Assembly (NCBI GenBank): GCA_000165425.1
Contig: CT868607.1
Coordinates: 1-64,000, forward strand
Length of the DNA: 64,000 nt
Direction of reading: 5' to 3'
DNA from: Paramecium tetraurelia
Lineage: Eukaryota
Positions 41,501 to 53,243 of this stretch are shown piece after piece. Below the pieces are notes generated by a model that saw only the letters and a program-made list of their open reading frames with translations, searched no databases and was not told where the DNA came from. Within the stretch, counting starts at the first letter, position 1. Every line of letters begins with the position of its first letter. The translations under genes were made by a program, and so were the position numbers.

Positions 41501-41581
41501 GGATTTATCATCTGTTATAATGTCTCCTTCGTATATCAATTTTCCATCCTACGCTGACAGTTTTTTGTTTGTGCTCTTCAT
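38533..41581 (-). CDS. MORN-repeat plus calpain-like (CysPc) protein, likely catalytically inactive
   Basis: N-terminal MORN repeats; FEDPEF, WKEYIIDDRIP, WVILFQKAFAKY, LTGMP and FYMEYKDFIKHF calpain motifs. Confidence 0.82.
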
Positions 41582-41604
41582 TATATTTAAATATATAATA
41601 TATA

Positions 41605-42606
41605 TCAATATAAATTATCAATCTTAGATATCAATTACAAACTCACATCCCACAACATTTTGGCCTTCTCTCTGCTTGTGAATCTAGCCTTTGCCAATTT
41701 GCAATCCTTATAGAATCCCCCATCAACTAACTCTTCGTCTTTAATCATTAAACAAAATAAAATAGTTTGACATCCGTAATAACTGTCTTTTGTGAAAAAA
41801 CTATAAATAGGCCAAGCAATCGACATAATCAAATTGAACCACCAGGCAGACAATTAATGTTGCAGCACCTCAGTTCTCACTACTCCTGGATGTAAGGCAC
41901 ATGCCTTCACACCAGTTCTCTCAGAATATTCTTAAGCATTCAGTATCTATGCAAATTTTGTGTTCCCATAGGCTCTATAGGTGTATATTCTACTCCAAAA
42001 CAAGCTGTTTGCCCACCTGTCACAATTCAAGTCATCAAAATCAAGGTTTTAAAATACATGAGCTATCGAAGAGACATTGATTATTCTTGGTGAATTTGAC
42101 TTTTTCAGAAGATCGAGCTAAATTTATCGTATTCTATTTATTACCAACAAATGATTCAAGAAGAAGGGACCCAAGTAATTGGTTCCAAATTAAGCTTCAA
42201 TGCCATATTGAGTGAATTCTCTTTTCAATGTTCCCATTATTCCAGCATTATTTATAACTACATCAATTCTATCTACTTCTTGTTTCACTCTTGCAGCAAA
42301 TTGCTTGATTGAATTCCAACTCTACAGATCCAAAGGAAAATATTAGATTTTGGATTAGGGGAAGGATTCCAGTAATTGTTCTAAGAATTCATTTGGGTTG
42401 CTTCTACAACCAAATATTATTCTACAATTGAACTTTGCCAGTTGTTTGATTGTCTCTTATCCAAGTCCTTTGCTCCCCCCAGTGATTAAGATAGTCATAT
42501 TTGATATATCCCTATAAGCTTCACACTTTTTGCCTCTAAAATAAATTCTGACTCTTATTCCTACTAAAAGTACAATAAGGCAGATTATTAAGACACTCCC
42601 CAACAT
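41605..42606 (-). CDS. Short-chain dehydrogenase/reductase (retinol dehydrogenase/WWOX-like)
   Basis: N-terminal TM; ITGGSKGLG, INNAG, INVSS, YGNTK (YxxxK), LHPGVVRT. Confidence 0.93.
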
Positions 42607-42900
42607 TGATATATTATTTCAAAAGAATTAAAATACTTAATTTGATGATGATATCATGAGCAAATTAATAAATACATTTGGATTGAACAAAGTATTTATT
42701 GTATTAATAAAAATTAAATTAATTATGGTTTCAGTAGCAATCCAATTATTGTAAAAGTCTGAGGTGAGGCACTAAAAAAGTGTCACCTTTAAGAAAAGAC
42801 TGTTAATATTTCACCTTGAAGAAAAGACAAAATTTAAAATAAAAAGAGTAAGAATCAAAAATATAATCAAATTAATTAATTTATAATATAAATTATAATA

Positions 42901-43830
42901 ATGCTCTTGAAAATAAATCAGGAGGGCCAAATGAAATTTCAGATCAGCAAATAAAGGGGTAATATTGAAATTCTAAAGGAAGGGGTTTGATGGGTTGCCT
43001 CTTAAGGAAGTGGCCACAGCACTGATAATTCCAAACTTTGGGAATTATTTAAAAGCACACAGGACCTTATTGGTAGGTAGGTTAGTTTTAAGTGAAAACA
43101 AAGGAAAAATGAAAGGATCAAAAATTGATATCAATTGGATAGCTAGGAAAGGTAGTAACATTCTATCGGAGAAAGAAAATATTCAATATGCCACTAGTAT
43201 TAAATTGTTTGATGACGGAGAACTCAGATCCATATGATATTGTTAATTTTCCATGAGGCATGGATTTAAAGACTGAGACAATATCTTCTTTTTTAAATTC
43301 CATCTTCAATTAATAGTTAGGAATTAATTTATAGTAAAGAAGGAAACTAGGAAGATCCTTTTAGAAGTATTAGTAAAGGATTTCAACATCTTGAATGATG
43401 ATTTGATTGGATATTTGGATGTATAATGGAATGAATATGTATCACACCTTGGAGAATTGGCAATCAATTAAATGTACAATCTAAGTGCAGCAGCGAACAG
43501 TATCTGTGATGCTTTAAAATCTACCTTTTAAGGATCCTAATAAAAAGGGAAATCCTAATTTAGAATCTCTGAAAGTTAAGTTCATTTTGATTCCAGATAC
43601 TTACATTGAAGGTGTGGTTGGATAAAGAATACAACTTAAGGTGTATGAAGCTGATCTTTGTATACGATTCCCAAACGTTAGGTATTTGTCCAAAGGAGAC
43701 CCATATGTCACATTCTTTTTAACTGAAGATATGGAGAGGAATTACAATTGGAAAATTAAGAAGAGATTATCAAACATTCAATTAGTGAACGACAAATTTG
43801 ATTTAGAGAATAAAAGCTACTGTTAAAAAT
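42901..43830 (+). pseudogene. Degenerate multi-C2-domain gene remnant
   Basis: C2-like pieces (NSDPY..FP*G, VKDFNILNDDLIGYLDVQW, KGDPYVTFF) spread over different frames with in-frame TGA. Confidence 0.6.
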
Positions 43831-43985
43831 TATAATTCAATAAACTTGATTTATTCAAAAACTAGGTCTCTAGATTAACATTATTTATAATATTTTATAC
43901 TTCAGTTTACTTTCCAATTTTTTCCACTTAAAACATATTTTTCTCTAATATTTTTAATCTGATTTATCATTTAATTTAATAAATT

Positions 43986-45266
43986 ATGTAAGAATTAGGA
44001 GATATCGAAAATTAACCTCATAAAAAGGTCAAAACGAATGAAACACCACTTGAGTTTACAGTATTAGCAACCCACAATTTCGCCAGGTATTGAATAATTC
44101 AAGAATTCTAGGGCTTCAATTATGAGACTTCCTCATGGAGAAGTGCTTACCCCAGTGTATATGCCTGTAGGAACAAAAGGAGCAATGAAGGGAGTGACCT
44201 ATTCTGAGATGGACGACTTGGGATGCAAATTACTGTTAGCAAATACTTATCATTTGGCATATAAGCCTGGAGGTAATTTATTGGAGAAGGTTGGAGGATT
44301 GCACAATTTTGTTAATTGGAAGCATAACATTTTAACAGATAGTGGTGGATTTTAGATGGTTTCATTGTCTCAACTCAGTGAAGTCACTGAAGAAGGAGTC
44401 ACCTTTGAATCACCATATGATAAATCAACAATGCATTTAAGACCAGAAGATTCAATCCACACATAAAATTAAATAGGAGCAGATATAATTATGGCTTTGG
44501 ATGATGTTGTTAGAACTACAACTGTTGGTCCTCGTATGCAAGAGGCAAGTGAAAGAACAACCAGATGGTTGGATAGAGACATTGCAGCTCATAAAAGAAA
44601 GCATGACTAAAACTTGTTTCCTATTGTATAAGGAGGTATAGATCCAAAATTAAGGGAGCAGTCATTGAATGATTTAATTTAGAGGGAAGCCAATGGATAT
44701 GCAATTGGAGGATTGGCAGGAGGAGAAGATAAAGTATATAAATTAATTGTATATCAAAGGTTGACTTTTGGAAAACGGTGGCGTAATGCACAGCTACATT
44801 GCCTGTGAATAAGCCTCGCTATTTGATGGGTGTTGGATATCCAGTCGACGTTGTGGTTTGTTCATGCTTAGGTGTTGATATGTTTGATTGTGTTTTTTCT
44901 ACTAGAACAGCTAGATTTGGTACTGCGTTTACAGATAATGGATTTCTCAAACTAAAAAACAAAGAAGCAGCAAATGTGTTTGAACCAATTTAGAAGGGGT
45001 GTTAATGCTAAGCCTGCAAATCTTATACCTAATCATATATACATTATCTGATTGCAAGGGAAGAGGTTGCTTGTCATCTCATTTCTGTTCATAATCTAAA
45101 CTATTTAATACAATTGATGCTCAATTTGCGTCAATCCATAATTGATGGCAAATTAATTGAGTTTATCAATGAATTTCTTAAGAAATGGTTTAAAAATGAA
45201 GGATAAATACCCGTATGGATTATTGAGGCTTTAGAGTATGCGAAAATCCCAGTTGAATAGCTTTGA
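43986..45266 (+). CDS. QTRT1: Queuine tRNA-ribosyltransferase catalytic subunit
   Basis: [61 protein letters not shown], Zn-site CQCQAC. Confidence 0.97.
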
Positions 45267-45368
45267 GTTTAAATTATTGATCATCAATATTTCTTAATTT
45301 TAACCAAGTAATATAAATTATCCGAATATAATCGATAGATGTTCTTAAAAATTACACATAATTATTAA

Positions 45369-48300
45369 TCAAATCAAATGTAAATCCTTATCAATCACAT
45401 AATTGATTGTGGTTCTCGGAATCGTATAATCAAAAAAGAATTCAAAGTCATGTGTTCTTATTGTTGTTGATTTCTGCTCTTTCTTTCTCTTCTTAAACCT
45501 CCTCTCCTATTTGATATTCTACTTATATAACTTCCTTAGATTGAGTTCTGATTAACTCTTCTCTCTAATGGTATGATAAAATTTGAGCATCACTTACTTT
45601 TTGATAGAAGTTAAGGGACAATCAATACTTAAATGATCAATTCCATAACAAGTAAAACATTACAAACCAATAAGCTGAAATTAATTTTCATAAATAATAC
45701 TGTCTCTTAGAGCCTAGAATTAATGATGAAATTTCTTATTCAATTCTAAAACCTCATGAAAATCTTTCCTTTGAATATAAATCAACGAGGCGAATTGCAT
45801 CGTCCTAGCAGAAGCTAAAATATTATGAATCCAACATATATACATTTCCGTGGTAATCCTGTTATAAAAGAGTATTGTCCGAAGAAGGTGTCTTTTTTCA
45901 ATTAAGCAATAGTGACATCTTTTCTTTAGGAATTTTGGGTATTAATGAATAATTCAACATAGCCTCTCTCTACGTAATACAATGCTTGACCTTAATCAGG
46001 TGTATTATCCAAAAAGATGTTCTCCATGTCTCCAAGATAGATCTCCTTTACTTTATTAGATAACTCAAACAACACATCCTCATCCTTCAGCCAATGTTGC
46101 TTATAAAAGATCATCCCATAAGCTTCAAACATCAATTACTACTTCAAGTTACTCGGAAGCAACTGCAGTGACTCTTGTTCTATGTCTATGTTCCTATCTT
46201 GTCCAATTCGATGGTAATAACGCAAGTAATTGGAGATCTAAATCTTTAATTGATCAGAACAGTTTTTCTTTTTCAGGTATTATTGAATCCATAAGTTATC
46301 CACGAAATAGTTCTACAGTTTAGAATTCTTTCTCATATTTTCGATCAATGAGATATTTACAGCTACTATCGCCACTGCAGTTATCACAGTCAAATCGGTG
46401 ATCATGAATTCTAGATCATTCAATGGCAGAATGTCACCATAACCGATTCTTGTTATTGCATCTATCGCCCAGTAAGTAGAATACAAGTACCTTAGAATAA
46501 TTATATGAAATACTTTGAAGTTGTACTTTAAGTAATTATAACACCAAAATTCATTGTGGGATCATTCACCCATGTTTTAGAGTTAGGATGATATGTGTAC
46601 ATATAAACACTCCCTCCAAAAAACATACATCCGAAGAAGTGATTTATGTAAAGGATTTCTACGAGCATCCCACAAATCATATAGAATTGTCTCAATTAGG
46701 GCATTATTTTCAATTTATCAGATAAGTATACTTGAAATCTATAGAATGGTATTAGTTTAACCAAACAAAGCAAATAAACTATTACATATTTGTCTGATAG
46801 ACTAATGTAAAACAGAACAAGTATGGGTATGAAATCAAACACTAAGTCATTCTTTAGATACTTTTCTGCTATTTTGAATCTGTTTTTAACTAGGATGCCT
46901 TCATGATAAAAATTAGTATTCAATTGAACAATGAAATCACTGATGAATAAGATCTAATAAGATATATATAACAGTTTATACAATAATTATTATTCTAATA
47001 AATTTGAAGGCTCCATAATCACTAAACTATTAGTAGTAATTCCAAAAAAATATTATCTAAGGTATTGCAATGAAGAATGCTGCGTTTACAAACATCATAA
47101 ACAATTACCAATAAAACAAATATTGATTTGAAGATGAAAATACACTTGATTTTTTCTTACTCTTAGGTATTTTATTAGACATTACAATGAGATCCTCCTA
47201 TTTTAGACTATCATTGAGTATGTCCTTTAAAAATACAGTCATTCTTTCTTGTTGATGTATTGCGAAAGGATGCCACTGAAATAATAACTTACTATAATAT
47301 CTTTTGTCAATATCAAATGAAGCGGGTGCCTCATGTGGAATCTCAACAGCATGCTTGTGTAAGATCCATTTACTGTGTATCTTATTTTAACGTACGAATC
47401 TTCTTCTTTTTTACAGATTACTTCCATGTGGATTCTTTTAAAACTCCTCATAGACTTAATCTTTAATACTAATAATTTAACAATTTTCAGTTAAATGATT
47501 AGTTTATGTACAAATGTAACATCCATATTGAATTAATTAATATCTTTTTTCAAAAAGGACTTAATCCAATATGTAATGGAATTTCTCATGATCCTATTTA
47601 TGATTTTAAATCGTCTTTAAAAAGTCTGTTAATTTGATATATTGCAGAATCACTATAGATTTAGTTTTGTAGGAAATGAATTGTTCTTTTTCCTATTTGA
47701 AGAATGAATAGTTGCCAAAAGTGGATCCTCTATAAAGTAAATTGATCTCCATTTCCTTGAATTCTACTGTCACCTTGCCTTTTTCAATCACAAATATTTT
47801 AGGGTCATCGTCGTCGTCTATAACAGAAATTGCACTATTGGAGTTTAGGTAGATTTCTCTCACAAAACTGGACAGTTCTTCAATAAATTCATTAGAAAAG
47901 TTATTAGAAATCCACAAGATTCTTTTCATCATTTTGAGACTAGCCTCATAATACAATTTAGATTTCAATTGGTTTGGCAATCTCTAAATCACTACTTGTT
48001 CTACTGCGATATCTCTCTTGGATTATTCTATTCTGAATTAAGACAAAAATATTGAAACTTCATTGTATAGTTTTTTCGATATCTTCTTCGCTATCATAAA
48101 TTGCTTGATTGATAACATGCTCTCATCTAGGGAAGACGAATTGTCTGACTATAAAGAGAGGATCGTTGATATGACATACAAACAAACGAACATGCATCCA
48201 ACTAGTGCCAAATCTCCTATGATTATCTCATATTAATTCATGGGAGTGATCTCACCATAGCCCATCGACACGAGGGTTTCAACTGCCCAAAAATAGCTGA

Positions 48301-48965
48301 TTATGTATTAGGTTAAGTGATGCATCTTATCGATATTCCCAATCACACTGCTTGAGTATTCCAACCATGTTGGTTCTGAAATTGAAATTGAATACAAACC
48401 CATAGCGTAAAAGGAACAAGCAAAAATATCAAATATGTAGAGTAATGTAACCAGCAACTTGAGAATTCGATAGCACAACAATAAAAACTAAAATTGAATC
48501 AGATATTCCTCGGTTATCTTGTCAGAATAAAGATTGGATGGAATTCTAAAAAACACCAAAAAACCCACCCAAAATGGTAATGGCTGAAAAGTAGAGACAA
48601 ATAGATAGACTATCACGATTAAGTCAAACACGAAATAGTGTCTGAAATAGTATTTAACTTTCTTGTATGGCTTTTATATGATGATGCCATTGTTGCTGAT
48701 ATATTCTATGAATAATGATATTATCATATCGATAATTAATAAGGACTTAAATATATTTAATATGTACTAGGATGAATATTCTCCAAATAAAAAATATATC
48801 TCCCCTGTTATCCTTTTGAAATTCTTCCACATTGAATAATTCTAATGAAATTTCTATGTATATAACAAAAGAGCAAAAGTTGATAAACACCTTCCAAATA
48901 ATGAGAACGGAATCAGAGGTTGAAATTTATAGCTTATCTGCAAGTTAATTAATATACTGCTTCAT
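45369..48965 (-). CDS. Tandem two-repeat 6TM K+ channel, each repeat with pore, C-linker/CNBD and CCHC knuckle
   Basis: Pore 1 YFWAVETLVSMGYGEITP (about 48245-48295); pore 2 YWAIDAITRIGYGDILP (about 46425-46475); two CNBDs; the linker between modules reads through without TGA. Confidence 0.85.
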
Positions 48966-50112
48966 GATATAAATAAAAATTGCAGAAATTATAAAATTTA
49001 TTCATATACAATCTCAATTTTATTTTCTAATTCTTTATAGAATACATTAGATTAAAATAATCTCATTGAAATCAAAAACAATGCGTAAATGAGAATCCTT
49101 AGACCTCAATCATTCCCCTCACCATATAATTACTCATCAAACTGAATCTGTTTCATTATGAATCTAAATATTTGGATAACAAGATAACGCTTCACTTTCC
49201 TATTTCGTTAGGTTTCTCTCAAACTACCTCTTGATTTTCATCAGATTCTGAATCACCATTGGAACCCTACTCATTCTCCTTTAATTCCAATTAAATAGAG
49301 CTTGTTTTCTGCGATAATCCGATTGAGGATCTTAATTTAAACTGTTAAAATGAGAATATAGGAGTTATATTTATTAAGAATGTATAGCTGCTATTAAATA
49401 AAGTCAATCCAGAATCTTAGTTATATCCTATTTCAAATTAGATGATAACATTTTTATTCCATTTTTTACCATTTACAATATTTCTCAATTAGATGACAAC
49501 TTTAGGTAAATGTTCGTTTGTTTTTCATACAAAAATTCGATTAATTCTAATATTTTTCTTATTTCTTTTTATCAAACATATATTAATTAAACATTTTCTT
49601 ATTATGCTAAATAACTACAAATTAATGAATATACGAAAAAATTTTTAAATTATCACACATAAATTATTGATAATAAATAATGAAAATTTTATTTGAATAT
49701 GGTGATTATTTTTAAATCCTCTTCTATTTTATTCATGATTGCATCCTATCATCTCATGACTATTTGTGAATGAAGTTAAACCCAATTTACTTTCTCTCCA
49801 AGTCCTGCTTGTCTCCATGATAGGGATAGACAGGTGTTGGTCAAGTATTATTTTCATTAACTTCAGGAGGTGGTCAATGATTGATGGAAACATTAGTAAT
49901 GTTGTAAGTAAGTACAAGCTGGGCTTTGTTTTTTGAATATTTATGGTTCATAAAATATTTATGTTAATTCGTATAAAATTTGGATTTTACGTCATTTAAG
50001 CTTTGTATACTATCATCACATTACTGTATTACAAATCTAGGAATCAATAAATCATTTTTAATCATTATATAAAATCTTTTCTAAATATAACATCGTTTTT
50101 AAATCACCTACT

Positions 50113-52397
50113 ATGATTAACCAAAACACAGGTACATGTTAATTTTAAATCGATTTAGAATCGTCTAAATGGGATTGGGTGCCTGCCACTCAAACACTTG
50201 AGATTACCATAAATTCGAATAAAGTATAAATAGAAACAACGCCTTCAATTGTTTTGACTCATCCTGAAGGAGATGTAAAAATACATTATAGACTTTCTCA
50301 AGGCTTATCCTGAACCATACGTTACTTTAGTAATTGACACTGAGAAACAATTAAAATATTCTGAGGAATTGGGATGGAATTGGCACAAGAGCTGGAATTT
50401 GCCAAACATTGTGGTCAGATTAGAAGTAATGACTTTTTCATATCAATAGATCAAAGATTCATAAACGTAAGAACTTTTACTTTCTCCTAAAAATTTATAT
50501 GCTTAGTTATATGCTGTTAAAAAGGTACAAGAAGGGAGTCGCGTGATTCTTCAAGATGTTGGATTGCGAGGAACAAGCAAATTAGAACTCATTGATGGTC
50601 AAGCTTATTTTTCAGTAATTTAATTGCTTAAACTCAATATAGGCTTTGAGATTTGCATCAACCTCGTATAACAATGAAGGTGTGAAATTTCATTTATTAA
50701 TGAGTGTGTACATTCAAAATTCAGACACTGAAAAACCTCAAATATTGAATTCCACTATTTCTCCTCCAATTTTTGTAGATAGTAGAAAGAGTGCAGGTAA
50801 TTCTGAATAAAAAAAATTGTATTTGCATGCGGAACCATTTACATTTGATTTGCTCGACAAAAAGTACTTCAAAAGAGAGAACAAAAGGAAGACAGAACAG
50901 GATGTAGAAATAGAAAATGACTTTGAAAGTCTGTTCAACTATTTAACCGCCCCCAATATTCGTCATAAGGTGAAACACCCTCTATTTTTGATCATCAAAT
51001 TTTCCACCTGTGTTTCTCTCTACTACAATCCAGTCACTGTGGAAGGAAATATCAAGACTATAATGGAGAAACTCTAAAGTCAATTAACCAAAGATATTAT
51101 TACCAAGTAATTGGGAGCATCTGGCGAAAAATAATTTTATTTGTTGATAGAGGAAAACAATGATTAAAATAAGAATAAAAAGGTGACTGAAGCCATTGAT
51201 TTCCTCAATACTGGGTGTTTAGAAATTATTAGGAAGGAAGATTAAATTCCTTCTAAATTTGTTAAATTAGGAGACTCTGCAGAAATCTTAGAGAATTATA
51301 AATAATGCTTTGATTAATTGTTGAAGATTTTTAAATAATTAACTTAAAAATTTTGTGAAAGTGACTCAAATGAATCAGATGATAATTATTCTGATTCTGA
51401 ACCTTAGTCAGCATAAAAGAAGGTCAAACTAAACGAATATTAAAATTAGCCATCTGCATAGAAAATGGAAAAATAAGAACAAGAAGTAAAAAAACCTGTA
51501 AATCCTCCTGAGTAGATCCCTGTATAATTGCAACAATAATAGTTAAATGATATTGTAGTTCAATAAGCACTCAACTAATAATAGTAGAAACCTGTATAAT
51601 AATAGCCATAACCACCTAAAAGTAAGCCAAATGATGTTATCAATAAACCTGTTCCACCACAAATCCCTTAAATTCCATAACAATAACAATAGAATAATAA
51701 AAAGTAGGCATGGTAACAAGCATCTTCATTTACTGCCCCTTCCTTGTAACCAGTTCAATAACTCCCATAACAACTACCTAATCAACATTAATAAGCCTAT
51801 CAAAAACCTAGTCACATTCCTGGAATCCAACCAATCAACATACCTGCCTAAGGGTTATAAGGAGCACCTTAACATATGAACCCTGCATTCCCTTACTAAT
51901 TTTAATAACCCATTGATCAGAATGCCTTGTAATCATTCATGTAATATAACCAGATCTACCAATAACTGCTTATGCAGTAGTAATAACAGCTAAGTCAATA
52001 ATAGTACCCTCCTCAGCCAGGCATGATGGGTAATCCAATGTAATCATAATTGTTGAATTACATGTAGAGCTTAGGGGGATTGGGATTACCTTAAGGACAA
52101 GTGAATCCCTAATAATTAATGGGATAAAATTAGAACTTTTAATAATTATAATAACAATTGTTAGCTTCGCAATTGAATTCTTAATTGGGAATGTAATCTG
52201 CTTTGCCCTAGCAATTAGGATAAGGAATGGGGTTGAATCAATTACAGCAATAATACCTCTAATAACAAATGCAATAATAAATGGGAATGGGTAATTTTTC
52301 AAATTTTAATCCATTGATGGGACTCTACTAAGGATAGCAATAAAATGTAAAGAAGCCTGGGGAAGGATCAGGAATAATAAAATAGGAGCCACAATGA
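50113..52397 (+). CDS. Putative NDT80/p53-like Ig-fold DNA-binding protein with Gln/Pro-rich C-terminus
   Basis: AYFSALRFASTSYNNEGVKFHLL..ISPPIFVDSRKS; FNYLTAPNIRHKVKHPLFL; KKVKL NLS-like motif; long Q/P/G/M-rich tail. Confidence 0.6.
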
Positions 52398-52431
52398 TAT
52401 AAATATATATATATATATTTGATAATAAGTA

Positions 52432-53202
52432 TCATTATTTAGAAGCAATAACATGTTCTCTTAACTCATCTATTTCTGATTGGATTTGATTTCTAACTTG
52501 ATTCAAAGATGCTGTCACCATTTATTCGACAGCTTATAGTACATTATATTAATATTGTTATTAAGACTCTTATGGTTGTTGAACTTATGATACTTATTTG
52601 CTATGAGTTTTGGATTGCTCAGTACTGATTCTCTTTTCGGATCCAACTGATTTCTAAGTGTCAGTCTTGGATTTCTCTATTTTGTGTTCAAGGTTTCTTT
52701 ATAATGCTTGATTTTCTTCTTTTAATTTGGCCTCATACCACCTGATGATATTAACTATCTAAATACCTCTATAAATTATTCATTTGTTATTCCATGTCTT
52801 TGACTTTGCCCTAAAGTTCTTGGAGTTACTTTTATTGTTTCTTGGAGTCCTTGTCTTGATTTCCATCTGGATTTTTGATTTTAGATTCAAGTAGTTTTTC
52901 TGATTTCAAGATCTTTTATTCATTTTCTTCAATCTTTCTCATCAATCCTTTGACTACACTGTCGGTTCTTTGAATGGCTGGGATGTATTCAATCATTTGC
53001 AACAATGGCATCAAGGCGTCTTGTTATAAGCATACTCTGTTTAAGTTAACTACTAATATTTGTTGCTTTTACTTTCAAGATGAGCTAACTTGGAAGTTTC
53101 CTTATCTTTTTCAGTTGAAGGAGCAAAAGGAGGCAAGTTTTCAGCAGATTTCCTGAGTGCATTGGTTTTGTTTGCTTGTTTGCTAGCAGATGTATTTTTC
53201 AT
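52432..53202 (-). CDS. Hypothetical coiled-coil protein
   Basis: Spliced code-6 ORF starting MKNTSASKQANK. Confidence 0.6.
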
Positions 53203-53243
53203 AAATGTCTGTTAAATATTAATTTTATTATTTATTGAATAAC

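Noticed and set aside
49040..50000. Broken minus-strand frames between the channel and the NDT80-like gene
   Set aside because: Interrupted by TGAs and not assignable to a family; too weak to annotate
51480..52340. TAA/CAA/TAG-rich tract resembling a tandem repeat or array
   Set aside because: It is Gln-rich coding sequence under code 6, not a CRISPR array or satellite
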